Assembly (NCBI GenBank): GCA_965205485.1
Contig: OZ242180.1
Coordinates: 4,032,001-4,096,000 of the forward strand
From: Candidatus Latescibacterota bacterium
Lineage (GTDB): Bacteria; Latescibacterota; UBA2968; GCA-2709665
Length of the DNA stretch: 64,000 bases
Direction: 5' to 3'
The number at the start of each line of letters is the position of its first letter. Position 1 is the stretch's first letter. The translations under genes and the position numbers were made by a program. Positions 36,222 to 46,462 of the stretch are shown piece after piece. The notes below the pieces were generated by a model that worked only from the letters and a program-made list of their open reading frames with translations, was not told the DNA's origin and ran no database searches.

Positions 36222-37121
36222 ATGAAAAAGATCATCCTCGACACGGACATAGGCGACGACGTGGATGACGCGTTGGCGCTGGCTTTCGCTCTGCTTTGCG
36301 GGGAGATCGAGCTTGTGGGTGTGACCACCGTGTTCCGCGACACGGTGAGGCGCGCAGAGCTGGCGTGTTGTGTCCTGGACGCGCTGGAAAGAGGTGACGT
36401 TCCCGTCTACGCCGGTCTCGGCAAGCCGCTGTTCGATAATGCATCGAAGGGGCAGGCCGCTATTGAGAAGCATCGACCCCGGCAGATGGCGGCCATCCGG
36501 CGGTACCCGGGACCGTCGCGGACGGCAGAGGGGCGGGCGGTCGACTTCATCGTCGAAACGGTGATGGGCGGCGCCGGAGACGTAACGCTTGTTCCGATCG
36601 GCCCGCTGACGAATATCGCTGCCGCGTTGACGGTGGAGCCGCGTCTGGTGCAGAAGACGACAATCTGCCTGATGGGCGGATGCGTGGGGCAGATGAGGGC
36701 GGAGTGGAACATCCTCTGCGATCCCGAAGCGGCGCACGTGGTGTTCGGCGCCGGGGCCCCGATCACCATGGTGGGCCTCGACGTGACTGAAAAGTGCCGT
36801 CTGGACAACGCGCAGGTGCAGGCGATCGGCAACGTGGACCGGCCCCTCAACAGGCTTTGTGTCGATCTCATCCGGCTTTGGCGGGAAGATTCCGGGTGCG
36901 AATATCCCATACTGCACGATCCCCTCGCTATTGCGATGGCGTTCGATCCCACGTTCTGCGAAACCCGATCCAGCGCCATCCACGTTGAAACGCGTTCCGA
37001 CCGGCTCAAGGGCGCGACGGTACGCATCCGATCCGATGAATTCGAGGCCAACGCGGAGGTTTGCGTGGACGTGGATTCCGGACGTTTCGTGAGCCTTTTC
37101 GTCGATACGCTCACATCGTGA
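36222..37121 (+). CDS. Nucleoside hydrolase (IUNH family)
   Basis: DTDIGDDVDD, GPLTN, AEWNI..DPEAA, LHDP. Confidence 0.92.
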   Translation: MKKIILDTDIGDDVDDALALAFALLCGEIELVGVTTVFRDTVRRAELACCVLDALERGDVPVYAGLGKPLFDNASKGQAAIEKHRPRQMAAIRRYPGPSRTAEGRAVDFIVETVMGGAGDVTLVPIGPLTNIAAALTVEPRLVQKTTICLMGGCVGQMRAEWNILCDPEAAHVVFGAGAPITMVGLDVTEKCRLDNAQVQAIGNVDRPLNRLCVDLIRLWREDSGCEYPILHDPLAIAMAFDPTFCETRSSAIHVETRSDRLKGATVRIRSDEFEANAEVCVDVDSGRFVSLFVDTLTS

Positions 37122-37163
37122 ACGGGTCGCAACGCCGAATACGTCTTTCCGGGCGTTCGAAAC

Positions 37164-37709
37164 ATGGCCAATCCGAAACATCTTGAAATCATCAGAAACA
37201 GCGTTCAGGACTGGAATCGCTGGCGAGCGGAGAACCGGGGCCTCACGCCCGACTTGTCCGGCGCTGACTTCAGCTACGAAGACCTCAGCGGCGCGGATTT
37301 CAGGAGTATGGACCTGAGCTACGATAACCTGAGTTCCGCCACGCTTGTCGGCGCAAACTTCGACCGCACCGTGCTGGACCACACGGACTTGAGCGATTCG
37401 TATCTTCCGAATGCCACCTTCCGCCAGGCCAACCTGAATTGCGTCAACCTCTACGGGGCCGTGCTTGCGGGCGCCGATTTTACCGATTGCGATCTGAGCG
37501 AAGGCTCTCTCAAGGAAACGGATCTCGAAGATGTCGTTTTCCTCAACACGGACCTTCGCAGTACCACATTCACGGGTGCGGAGGGACTGACCGCGCAGCA
37601 GTTATTGAAGGCGCGATCCCTGCTTGGCGTCATCGATCTGGATACGCGCATCCTGAACCAGGTCGTCGGCGCGAGACCCCGGCTGCTGGCACCGGCGGAA
37701 GATCGATAG
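37164..37709 (+). CDS. Pentapeptide repeat protein
   Basis: WNRWR..PDLSGADFS followed by A(D/N)LXX repeats. Confidence 0.9.
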   Translation: MANPKHLEIIRNSVQDWNRWRAENRGLTPDLSGADFSYEDLSGADFRSMDLSYDNLSSATLVGANFDRTVLDHTDLSDSYLPNATFRQANLNCVNLYGAVLAGADFTDCDLSEGSLKETDLEDVVFLNTDLRSTTFTGAEGLTAQQLLKARSLLGVIDLDTRILNQVVGARPRLLAPAEDR

Positions 37710-37901
37710 GAGAGGCGGGTGCGCACACGCGATCAATCGGAGAGGTGTCGTTGTGACGAGTACTTGTCGCTTTCCGTCGCATCCGAGAATGCCAGCGGAT
37801 CCATACATTTCGCTTGACGTTTTCCGCATTTGCTTTAACTTCAAAGTAATGGTAGAAGTTTTTTGTGCACTTTATTCTCTAACAGTTAGATATAATGTCA
37901 C

Positions 37902-39317
37902 ATGAATAAGCCAGGTCAGATTGAGGGATTGCCTCAGGTGGATGAGGCCGTTGTGGGACTCTGCGTGGAGGCGGTGGCCTCCGGCGGGATCGGAGAGGCT
38001 GTCGGCATCCGCGCCGGGGACGTCATCGAGGCCATCAACGGCGAGTCCGTACGCGATCCGATCGACTATCGCTTCCACGTCGCGGAAGAGGCGGTGGAGG
38101 TGGTTCTCCGGCGGGGCACGGACGTCATCGTGGTGGATATCGAAAAGGACACGGACGACGACCTCGGCGTGACCCTGGCGGAGATGCCCATCATCAAATG
38201 CAACAACAAGTGCGTCTTCTGCTTTCTCCACCAGATGCCCAGGAAGATGCGTAAGACCCTCTACTATCAGGACGACGATTACAGACTCTCCTTCCTGCAC
38301 GGTGCGTACGTTACGCTCACGAATCTGTCTGAAGCGGAGTTTCAGAGAATCGTCGAACAGCGCTTGAGTCCCATGTACATTTCGGTCCACGCCACCGATC
38401 CGGATCTCAGGGGGGCGTTGCTGGGACGTTCAGAGCCGGTGGACGTTATGGAGCGCATCGATTACCTGGCCACACACAACATACAAATGCACGCGCAGGT
38501 CGTTCTGTGCCCGGGCGTCAACGACGGACAGCACCTGAAGCGAACGGTGTTCGATCTGGCCCAGTGGTACCCTTCCGTAGCGTCCGTGGGCATTGTTCCA
38601 CTGGGTCTGACTCGATATCGCCAGAATCTGCCGCGCCTGGACCCGGTAACTCCCGAAGTCGCCCGAACGTGCCTGGACCGCGCTGCGGCGTGGCAGCGCC
38701 AGCTTCACCGAAGGTTCGGCGTCAATTTCGTCTATTTCGGTGACGAGTTCTATCTGATGGCAGGCCGGAAAATCCCGGAGGCCGCGCACTACGACGGCTT
38801 TCCGCTTGTGGAGAACGGCGTTGGAATGGTACGACGGTTCTCGGATTGCTTCGAAGAGGGCGTGTCCGGCCTGGAAACGCTGAATTGCAGACCGGTTTCA
38901 ATGACGCTGGTCACGAGCGTGCTTGGCGCGGGATTCATCCGGCCGATGGCGACGCGACTGAACCGGATCCCGTGGATGACAGCGCACGTAGTGGAGGTGA
39001 AGAACCGTTTTCTGGGCGAGGGTATTACGGTCTCTGGACTGCTGACCGGACAGGATATGCTGCACGCCCTCGAGACACAGTTGCAGGAGACCGACGTCGT
39101 AATCCTGCCGCCCAACTGCATCAGCCATCACGGCCTGTTTCTCGACGACCTGACCCCAAACGATCTGGAACTGGCCCTGAAACGCCGGGTCCGTATTGGC
39201 ACCTATGATCTTGCGGAAACGGCGGCGCGGGTCGCCCGTGGGGATACCCGTCCCTCGGGTACGGTCCACGATCCGGCGGCGCCGCATCCGTATATCATGT
39301 CGCATCAGGTGGCCTGA
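37902..39317 (+). CDS. PDZ + radical SAM DUF512 family protein
   Basis: N-terminal PDZ, CNNKCVFC, DDDYRLSFL, VSGLLTG. Confidence 0.9.
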   Translation: MNKPGQIEGLPQVDEAVVGLCVEAVASGGIGEAVGIRAGDVIEAINGESVRDPIDYRFHVAEEAVEVVLRRGTDVIVVDIEKDTDDDLGVTLAEMPIIKCNNKCVFCFLHQMPRKMRKTLYYQDDDYRLSFLHGAYVTLTNLSEAEFQRIVEQRLSPMYISVHATDPDLRGALLGRSEPVDVMERIDYLATHNIQMHAQVVLCPGVNDGQHLKRTVFDLAQWYPSVASVGIVPLGLTRYRQNLPRLDPVTPEVARTCLDRAAAWQRQLHRRFGVNFVYFGDEFYLMAGRKIPEAAHYDGFPLVENGVGMVRRFSDCFEEGVSGLETLNCRPVSMTLVTSVLGAGFIRPMATRLNRIPWMTAHVVEVKNRFLGEGITVSGLLTGQDMLHALETQLQETDVVILPPNCISHHGLFLDDLTPNDLELALKRRVRIGTYDLAETAARVARGDTRPSGTVHDPAAPHPYIMSHQVA

Positions 39318-39342
39318 CGCGGCAGGCTCGGGAGCCTTTCTT

Positions 39343-40662
39343 ATGCCGAAGCGACGCGTCGTAGCGATAGTCGGCCGGCCCAACGTCGGAAAATCAACGC
39401 TCTTCAATCGGTTTCTGGGGCAGCGTCGGGCCGTCGTAGACGATTTGCCCGGCGTGACGAGAGATCGAAACTATGCGGAGGTATCCTGGAACCGTCGCGT
39501 CTTCACGCTGGTGGATACGGGCGGCTATACGCTCAATCCGGACGCGGGCATTGCGCGGTCCGTCGGGGACCAGGTCGAGGTGGCCGTGGCGGAAGCGGAC
39601 GTGGTCCTGCTGGTGATGGACGCCAAGACCGGTCCGACCGACGACGACTCGGCCATTGCCCGTTTGGTGCGCCTGAACGGGATACCTTGCCTGCCGGTTG
39701 TCAACAAAGTGGATTCAGACCGGGACGAGCCGGACGTGGCCGGATTCTACGGTCTGGCGCTTGGCGAGCCCGTACCGGTGTCAGCGTTGAGCGGGCGGAA
39801 ATCCGGCGATCTTCTGGATGAGGTGGTCTCGCTCATACCGGAGGCCGATCCGTCCGCCGAAGAGGATGACGGCCCGCCCCGAATCGCGGTCGTCGGTCGG
39901 CCCAACGTCGGCAAGTCCACCTTTATCAATCGGTTGGCAGGTGAAGACCGGATGGTGGTCAGCCCGGTTCCGGGCACGACGCGGGATGCCATCGATCTGC
40001 CGATGAAGCGAAACGGGCGCGATCTGCTGCTGATCGATACCGCGGGACTTCGCAGGCGTACGAGGGTGAAGGAGCAGGTCGAGTATTACAGCGCGGTACG
40101 AACGAGGACAAGTCTGGACCGGTGCGATGTCGCCATCGTTCTTGCCGATGCGAATGAAGGGATCACACTTCAGGACGCGAGGATTCTCGGCAACGCGGCC
40201 GAACTGGGCAAGGGCGCGCTGCTGGCGATGAACAAATGGGACCTGATCGAGAAAGACGACAAGACGGCGATCGTGCATGAACAGGACATCGTCGGCCGGT
40301 TTCCGTCGCTAAGGGATTTTCCGGTTTTCTTCGTTTCCGCGCTGTCCGGCCAGCGTGCGTGGAAACTGGTTGAAACGGCGCTCGAGATTTACGACAGGCG
40401 CCGCCAGCGAATTGCGACCTCCGCCCTGAATCGATTCCTGGAAGAAGTCAACGCCTCCCATCCGCCGCCGACCAGGAGGGGACGGGCGTCAAAGATGTAC
40501 TATTGCGTTCAACCCGCGGTGGCGCCGCCCACGGTGATCTTCTTTACAACGAGACCGCGAGACGTGCCGGAACACTATCGTCGGTATCTGGAACGGCGGT
40601 TGAGGGAGCGATTCGAACTGGAGGGGACGCCGGTTCGGATCGTATTCAAGAAGAAGCGATGA
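39343..40662 (+). CDS. der: Ribosome biogenesis GTPase Der
   Basis: Two GRPNVGKS P-loops, DTGG/DTAG, NKVD/NKWD, KH-like C-terminus. Confidence 0.96.
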   Translation: MPKRRVVAIVGRPNVGKSTLFNRFLGQRRAVVDDLPGVTRDRNYAEVSWNRRVFTLVDTGGYTLNPDAGIARSVGDQVEVAVAEADVVLLVMDAKTGPTDDDSAIARLVRLNGIPCLPVVNKVDSDRDEPDVAGFYGLALGEPVPVSALSGRKSGDLLDEVVSLIPEADPSAEEDDGPPRIAVVGRPNVGKSTFINRLAGEDRMVVSPVPGTTRDAIDLPMKRNGRDLLLIDTAGLRRRTRVKEQVEYYSAVRTRTSLDRCDVAIVLADANEGITLQDARILGNAAELGKGALLAMNKWDLIEKDDKTAIVHEQDIVGRFPSLRDFPVFFVSALSGQRAWKLVETALEIYDRRRQRIATSALNRFLEEVNASHPPPTRRGRASKMYYCVQPAVAPPTVIFFTTRPRDVPEHYRRYLERRLRERFELEGTPVRIVFKKKR

Positions 40663-40669
40663 AAACCAA

Positions 40670-40879
40670 GAAGCTGTCTTAGAATTCCCAGCGGTCTTCG
40701 CGCGGCTGCAAAAGCGCCGGTCGGCGTTGGTCAAATCCGCCCGTCCTATGAGATCGAGGCTGCGCTTGCTCGCCTCTCATAGCCGGATTTTCCCGTCGGC
40801 GCTGCGCGCCCCTCGCGCCTCATAACCGCCACTTTTTCGCTCGCGCTCGGGAACTCACCGGAAATTTTAAAACAACTTC
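40670..40879 (-). mobile_element. MITE-like element family A, copy 1 (inverted relative to copies 2 and 3)
   Basis: 17-bp imperfect TIRs (14/17), flanking CAA/CAA duplication, arms near-identical to 46462 and 61839 copies. Confidence 0.8.
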
Positions 40880-40881
40880 CA

Positions 40882-41244
40882 ATGAACAAGATCTACTATT
40901 CCATCCGGGAAGTGTCTGAAAAAACCGGCATTGAACCTCAGGTACTGCGCTATTGGGAGAAGGAATTTCCAATGCTCCAGCCCCGTCGCGCCCGTGCCGG
41001 GAAACGGCTCTACCGGGAACGGGATATCAAGGTCCTTCTGGCCATCAGACGCCTGAGGCAGGACGAAAAATACACCGTCAAGGGCGCACGTGAAAGGCTC
41101 AGGGAAGATCCCTCTCTGTGGCGAGACCTCAGCGTCGAAGCGGAGACGACGGAGTCCCGGCAACCCTCGGGACCGGAGGAGGTCATTAACGAGATGCGCG
41201 GAATGCTTGTTGAACTGAGGCGTCTGGTCGACGGAGGGGCGTGA
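40882..41244 (+). CDS. MerR-family HTH regulator
   Basis: YYSIREVS..VLRYWEKEF..GKRLY. Confidence 0.88.
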   Translation: MNKIYYSIREVSEKTGIEPQVLRYWEKEFPMLQPRRARAGKRLYRERDIKVLLAIRRLRQDEKYTVKGARERLREDPSLWRDLSVEAETTESRQPSGPEEVINEMRGMLVELRRLVDGGA

Positions 41245-41270
41245 GAAGGCGCCGGCGGGGAAATTTGTGC

Positions 41271-41341
41271 TTGCGCTATAACGTGAAATACCATATATTT
41301 AGTTTTCTTAACAGCGAGAGTGGGCGGATGCCCGCTCTTTT
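41271..41341 (+). promoter_or_regulatory. rimP promoter and rimP-leader hairpin
   Basis: TTGCGC-17-TATATT; AGAGTGGGC-GGAT-GCCCGCTCT-TTT at 41317-41341. Confidence 0.75.
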
Positions 41342-41364
41342 GAATATAGGGGCCACATTCGAGT

Positions 41365-41814
41365 ATGGACGATCCGGCGCTGCAGGAATCCATCGAAAAG
41401 CTGGTCGCACCCTATCTGAAGTACCAGGGTGCCGATCTGGTCGACCTGCAGCTTTCCGGCAGTCCCCGGAACCGAACGCTTCGCATCGACGTGGATCATC
41501 TGGAAGGTATCACCGTGGATGATTGCGCGCGCCTCAGCCGCGGAATCGCGGACGTCCTCGATACACACGATCCAATCAGCGGACGTTACGTACTCGAGGT
41601 CTCCTCGCCGGGGCTCGACAGACCCCTGAAGTCGGATCGAGACTACAAACGCGCGGTCGGTCAGACCGTAAGGATAATTCTCGATGGCGGGCACGTCCTG
41701 ATCGGTCAGTTGATTCGATTCGATGGGCTCCAACTGGTGCTTGCGGTCGATGGGGAGACCCGGGTCGTTGCGGCCGACGAGATACGGAAAGCCAACCTCC
41801 ATTTTGAATTTTGA
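41365..41814 (+). CDS. rimP: Ribosome maturation factor RimP
   Basis: ITVDDCARLS, YVLEVSSPGLDRPL. Confidence 0.95.
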   Translation: MDDPALQESIEKLVAPYLKYQGADLVDLQLSGSPRNRTLRIDVDHLEGITVDDCARLSRGIADVLDTHDPISGRYVLEVSSPGLDRPLKSDRDYKRAVGQTVRIILDGGHVLIGQLIRFDGLQLVLAVDGETRVVAADEIRKANLHFEF

Positions 41815-41826
41815 GGAGATGTCCTT

Positions 41827-43377
41827 TTGAACTATGAAGTCCTGGAGGCGCTGGGCCAGATTGCTCAGGAAAAGAACGTCGACAAGGCGCTGGTGATCGA
41901 AACCCTTGAAATCGGACTGCTTTCCGCAACGAAGAGGCGGTTCGGCACTTCGGACAACGTCGAGGTGAATATCGACGCCAATTCCGGCAATATCGAGGTC
42001 TTCGCCACCAAGTCCGTCGTCAAGGACGATGAGGTCGAGGACGCGGCCCTGCAGATCGGTCTTACGGCGGCCCGTGAGATTGAGCCGGGCGTCAAAGTCA
42101 ACACTGAAGTCCGGGAGATGCTCCGGTTCGCCGATTTCGGCCGCAATGCCATCCAATCCACCAAACAGATCCTGATCCAGCGGGTTCGGGAAGCCGAACG
42201 CGAGAAGATCTACGAGGACTACCAGACCCGGATCGGCGAAATCATCAGCGGGACCGTCCAGCAGATCAGCCACGGCGATATTCTCATCAACCTGGGGCGT
42301 ACGGAGGCGGTCATCCCGCTCAAGGAGCAGATTCGCAAAGAGCGTTACCGTCAGGGCGACCCGATTCGCGCCTATCTGGTTAACGTCCTCCGCACCTCCA
42401 AGGGGCCTCAGGTCGTGCTGTCCCGGACCCATCCGCAATTTCTGGTTAAGCTGTTTCAGTTCGAAGTCCCTGAAATCTATGAGGGCATCATTGAAATCAA
42501 GGCTGTCGCTCGTGAGCCGGGAGAACGGGCGAAGATCGCGGTTTACTCAAACGACGCCAGGATCGATCCCGTTGGCGCCTGTGTGGGGATGAAGGGCTCC
42601 CGGGTCCAGGCGGTCGTTCGGGAGTTGAGCAACGAACGGATCGACATCGTTCCCTGGAGCGACGACGAAGCCATCTTCCTCTCCCGGTCGCTGAGTCCCG
42701 CCACGGTCAAGCGCGTGGTGGTCGATCGAAACAAAACAACGATGACGGCAATCGTCGAAGACGATCAGTTGTCGCTCGCCATTGGCAAGTCGGGACAGAA
42801 CGCCCGGCTGGCAGCGCAACTTACCGGCTGGAAGGTGGACATCATCACCGAGACCCGGTTCCAGGAAATGCAATTGGAGAAGGAGGCGACGTTTGTTTCT
42901 CTGTCGGAAGTCGCCGGGGTGGGGAAAGTGATGCTGGATCGTCTCGAGGCCGCCGGCATATTGTCCGCCAACGATCTTGTGGATGTATCACTGGTCAGAT
43001 TGCTCGAAGTGCCCGGAATCGGGGAGTCCACCGGAGAAAAGATCCAGAGCGCCGCGGAAGAAATCGTAAACGTAAAGGTTCAGGCCTACCGCGAGGAGCT
43101 TGAAAAGCAGCGGGCCGAGGAAGCGGCGCGTCTTGCGGAGGAGGAAGCGGCGCGTCTTGCGGAGGAGGAAGCGGCACGTCTTGCGGAGGAGGAAGCGGCA
43201 CGTCTTGCGGAGGAGGAAGCGGCGGCGGCGGCCGAAGCCGTTGCTGCTCCGGGCGAGGACGGTAATGAGCCGATGGCGGACGAAGAGATCGAGCTCTCGG
43301 AAGACGGCGCGGCGGTCCGGACCACCACGTCTGAAGACAATCAGGTCGGCGGACCATCGGAAGACGAGGGGAGGTGA
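41827..43377 (+). CDS. nusA: Transcription factor NusA with HhH and acidic repeat tail
   Basis: FGRNAIQ, SRTHP, EVPEI, AREPG, DPVGACVG, SLAIGKSGQNARLA; TTG start after GAGGAG. Confidence 0.96.
   Translation: MNYEVLEALGQIAQEKNVDKALVIETLEIGLLSATKRRFGTSDNVEVNIDANSGNIEVFATKSVVKDDEVEDAALQIGLTAAREIEPGVKVNTEVREMLRFADFGRNAIQSTKQILIQRVREAEREKIYEDYQTRIGEIISGTVQQISHGDILINLGRTEAVIPLKEQIRKERYRQGDPIRAYLVNVLRTSKGPQVVLSRTHPQFLVKLFQFEVPEIYEGIIEIKAVAREPGERAKIAVYSNDARIDPVGACVGMKGSRVQAVVRELSNERIDIVPWSDDEAIFLSRSLSPATVKRVVVDRNKTTMTAIVEDDQLSLAIGKSGQNARLAAQLTGWKVDIITETRFQEMQLEKEATFVSLSEVAGVGKVMLDRLEAAGILSANDLVDVSLVRLLEVPGIGESTGEKIQSAAEEIVNVKVQAYREELEKQRAEEAARLAEEEAARLAEEEAARLAEEEAARLAEEEAAAAAEAVAAPGEDGNEPMADEEIELSEDGAAVRTTTSEDNQVGGPSEDEGR
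43117..43224 (+). repeat. In-frame 24-bp tandem repeat (EEAARLAE x4.5) in nusA
   Basis: GAGGAAGCGGC(G/A)CGTCTTGCGGAG units at 43117, 43141, 43165, 43189 plus a half unit. Confidence 0.95.
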
Positions 43378-45842
43378 GTCGGCCCATGAACAGAAATGCG
43401 CCCGCAGCGACGGTCACGGCGGCATCCGACGACACCGATGACAAGAAACGCCGCATCTACGAAGTTGCGCGAGAGTTCAATCTCTCGAGTGTGGCAATGG
43501 TCGAAGTCGTCAGGGGCCTGGGTTTCGACGTCAAGAATCACATGGCCGTATGCACCCGGGAGATGTTCGATAGCATCCAGGGCAAGTTTGAAGAAGAGCG
43601 TAACGCCTCCCGACAGGAAATCAAGCGCAAGGCCGCACAGAGAAGGCAGCGCCAAGATACCGAAAAGGAAGTCCGGAAAACCCCCGCCAGGACCAGAGCC
43701 GGACGCACGAAAAAGGCCGCATCCAAACCAGCCGAAACCCCGAAGCCGGCGGAGCCGGTCCGGGAGGCTGTCGAGATTCGCGAGATCCGTGACGACCAGG
43801 CATCGCGCCGGCGCCGGCGCGATGCGGCGCGGAGAGAGCCAACGGTAGAAGTCATCGGGGAGGCCGGTACCCGCGGTCAGAAAGAGCCGGCGCGGACGCA
43901 GGAAAAGCCGGCCCCGGAAAAGAGCGAAGGCCGCCGCCGCCGCCGCAGGCGCGGCAGGCCCGCGCCGGACCAGGTGGAAATCGAAGCCAGCGTGCGTCGG
44001 ACGATGGCCCAGATGGAGACCGGCACGGCCCGTTCGCGACGTCGTCGTCGCAGAGACGACGCGGACGTCGAGGACGAGGAGGGTGTGGACCGCGTCATCA
44101 AGGTCAACGAGTTTACAACGGTCGGTGAACTGTCGGCACTCATGGACATCCCGCTCACCGATGTCATTAAGCAGTGTCTCACCCTGGGCCTGATGGTCAC
44201 CATCAACCAGCGGCTGGATATGGACACCATCACCCTGGTTGCCGACGAGTTCGGAATTGGGGTCGAAGAACTCCAGGAGTATGCCGAAGACGTGCTCGAT
44301 CAGGAAGACGAAGACGTGGAAGACGTTCTCGCGCCTCGTCCGCCCGTCGTCACCATTATGGGTCATGTCGACCACGGCAAGACGTCGCTATTGGATTATG
44401 TTCGCAACACCAACGTGGTTGCGGGTGAGGCGGGGGGCATTACCCAGCACATCGGCGCCTATCACGTGGAGCTGGACAACGGCCGCATGGTGACGTTTCT
44501 CGATACCCCCGGTCACGAGGCGTTTACCGCAATGCGCGCCAGGGGGGCCCAGGTGACTGACGTGGTCGTCCTGATTGTGGCTGCCGACGACAATGTCATG
44601 CCGCAGACGGTGGAAGCCATCGACCATGCCCGCGCTGCGGGCGTTCCCATGGTGCTGGCCATCAACAAGATAGACCTTCCCGGCGCGGACGTGGGTCGAA
44701 TCAAGAGGCAACTGACGGAACACAACGTCGTCCTCGAGGAATACGGGGGCAAGGTTCAATCCTGTGAGATCTCCGCCAAGACCGGCGAGAACATCAACGA
44801 TCTGCTCGAGTTGCTGGCATTGGAAACCGACCTTCTGGAGTTGAAGGCCAATTCGCTGAAACGCGCCAGAGGCGCCATTGTCGAGGCGCGCCTTGACCGC
44901 GGCCGAGGCAACGTGGCGACGGTACTCGTACAGGAGGGCACGCTCAGGGTTGGCGATACCTTCGTCACGGGACTCTACAGCGGCAGGGCGAGGGCGCTTC
45001 TGGACGAGCGCGGGCATCGGGTTTCCGAGGCAGGCCCCTCGGTGCCGGTCCAGGTGCTTGGCCTGTCCGGACTGCCCCAGGCCGGAGACTCGTTCTACTC
45101 CGTGGAAAACGAACGTACCGCCAGGGAAATCAGCCAGAAGAGGCAGCAGCTGCGCCGGGAGCGGGAAGCCCACCGGATACGCAGGGTCAGCCTGGTTGAC
45201 ATTCACGATCAGATCAAGGCCGGTCAGGTCCAGGAGTTGCGCCTGATACTCAAGGGAGACGTCGACGGTTCCGTGGAAGCGCTTCACGACTCCCTGATGC
45301 AGATCCCAAGCGACGAAGTCCGCATCAACGTGATCCACCGCGGGGTGGGTGCGGTGTCCGAGTCCGACGTTCTGCTCGCTTCCGCCTCGGATGCGATTAT
45401 CATCGGATTCAACGTGCGGCCGGACGTACGCGCGCGCGAAGTGGTTGCCCAGGAGCGGGTCGACGTCCGCACCTACAGGGTGATCTACGAGGCGGTTGAA
45501 GACATCAAGGCCGCGCTTGCCGGATTGCTCACGCCCGATATTGATGAACAGATCGTGGGGTCCGCGGAAGTCCGGGAGACGTTCCAGGTGCCGCGGGTCG
45601 GTATCATCGCCGGCTGTTACATATCCAACGGCAGAATGACACGCAGCGCGATGGTGCGGGTGCTGCGAGACAATGTCGTGGTCTACGAGGGCCGAGTCGG
45701 GTCTCTGAGAAGATTCAAGGACGACGTCAGGGAAGTCCAGTCCGGATTTGAATGCGGCATCGGCCTCGAGAATTTCAACGATACCAAGCTGGGCGATGTG
45801 ATCGAGGCATATGAACAGGTTGAAACCGCGCGTACGTTATAA
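43374..45842 (+). CDS. infB: Translation initiation factor IF-2
   Basis: [36 protein letters not shown]. Confidence 0.97.
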   Translation: MSRPMNRNAPAATVTAASDDTDDKKRRIYEVAREFNLSSVAMVEVVRGLGFDVKNHMAVCTREMFDSIQGKFEEERNASRQEIKRKAAQRRQRQDTEKEVRKTPARTRAGRTKKAASKPAETPKPAEPVREAVEIREIRDDQASRRRRRDAARREPTVEVIGEAGTRGQKEPARTQEKPAPEKSEGRRRRRRRGRPAPDQVEIEASVRRTMAQMETGTARSRRRRRRDDADVEDEEGVDRVIKVNEFTTVGELSALMDIPLTDVIKQCLTLGLMVTINQRLDMDTITLVADEFGIGVEELQEYAEDVLDQEDEDVEDVLAPRPPVVTIMGHVDHGKTSLLDYVRNTNVVAGEAGGITQHIGAYHVELDNGRMVTFLDTPGHEAFTAMRARGAQVTDVVVLIVAADDNVMPQTVEAIDHARAAGVPMVLAINKIDLPGADVGRIKRQLTEHNVVLEEYGGKVQSCEISAKTGENINDLLELLALETDLLELKANSLKRARGAIVEARLDRGRGNVATVLVQEGTLRVGDTFVTGLYSGRARALLDERGHRVSEAGPSVPVQVLGLSGLPQAGDSFYSVENERTAREISQKRQQLRREREAHRIRRVSLVDIHDQIKAGQVQELRLILKGDVDGSVEALHDSLMQIPSDEVRINVIHRGVGAVSESDVLLASASDAIIIGFNVRPDVRAREVVAQERVDVRTYRVIYEAVEDIKAALAGLLTPDIDEQIVGSAEVRETFQVPRVGIIAGCYISNGRMTRSAMVRVLRDNVVVYEGRVGSLRRFKDDVREVQSGFECGIGLENFNDTKLGDVIEAYEQVETARTL

Positions 45843-45845
45843 AAT

Positions 45846-46127
45846 ATGACCATCGGCCTGTGTCGTCTGGTGCTCTATCTGCCCGAAAGCGGCTCGCTAA
45901 AGGGTAAACGCCGTATTCTGGAGAGTCTTCGGCAACGGATCAGGGCGAAATACAACGTATCCGTCTCCGAAGTAGGTCAAAACGAACTGTGGCAGAAGGC
46001 TGAGGTTGGCGTGGCGATGGTGGCGAACGAATCGCGTTACGTCAATCGCGTGCTTTCCAAAGTCGTGGACCAGGTGCAACGGGACCATCGCGTGGAACTC
46101 GTTGACTATTCTCTGGAACTGATTTGA
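45846..46127 (+). CDS. DUF503 (YlxP) family protein
   Basis: SLKGKRR, YNVSVSEV; conserved position between infB and rbfA. Confidence 0.88.
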   Translation: MTIGLCRLVLYLPESGSLKGKRRILESLRQRIRAKYNVSVSEVGQNELWQKAEVGVAMVANESRYVNRVLSKVVDQVQRDHRVELVDYSLELI

Positions 46128-46462
46128 TGTGGCGCTCAGAAAGTGTTGGACGGCAGATACAGCTTGAACTCAGTGACCTGATTCACCGGCACCTGAAAGA
46201 TCCTCGTCTCGGATACGTTACCGTCACTGGCGTGCAGGTGTCGCGAGATCTGAAATTCGCACGGGTGCACGTCAGTGTAATGGGCGACGGTCAGATTCGC
46301 GACACGAGCCTCAAGACGCTCCAGCGGGCGATGCCGTTCCTCCGCAAGGAATTGGGCGGGCGCATCCGGCTGAGAAACGTGCCGGAATTGGAGTTCAGGC
46401 TGGACGAGTCTCTGGAACAGGCCAGCAGGATCGACAGGCTGCTGGACGACTTGAAATCGTAG
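46127..46462 (+). CDS. rbfA: Ribosome-binding factor A
   Basis: DPRL..VTVT.V.VSRDL, LRNVPELEF..D.S. Confidence 0.94.
   Translation: MWRSESVGRQIQLELSDLIHRHLKDPRLGYVTVTGVQVSRDLKFARVHVSVMGDGQIRDTSLKTLQRAMPFLRKELGGRIRLRNVPELEFRLDESLEQASRIDRLLDDLKS

Noticed and set aside
43117..43224. CRISPR-like repeat array
   Set aside because: No spacers; in-frame coding repeat in nusA; no cas genes
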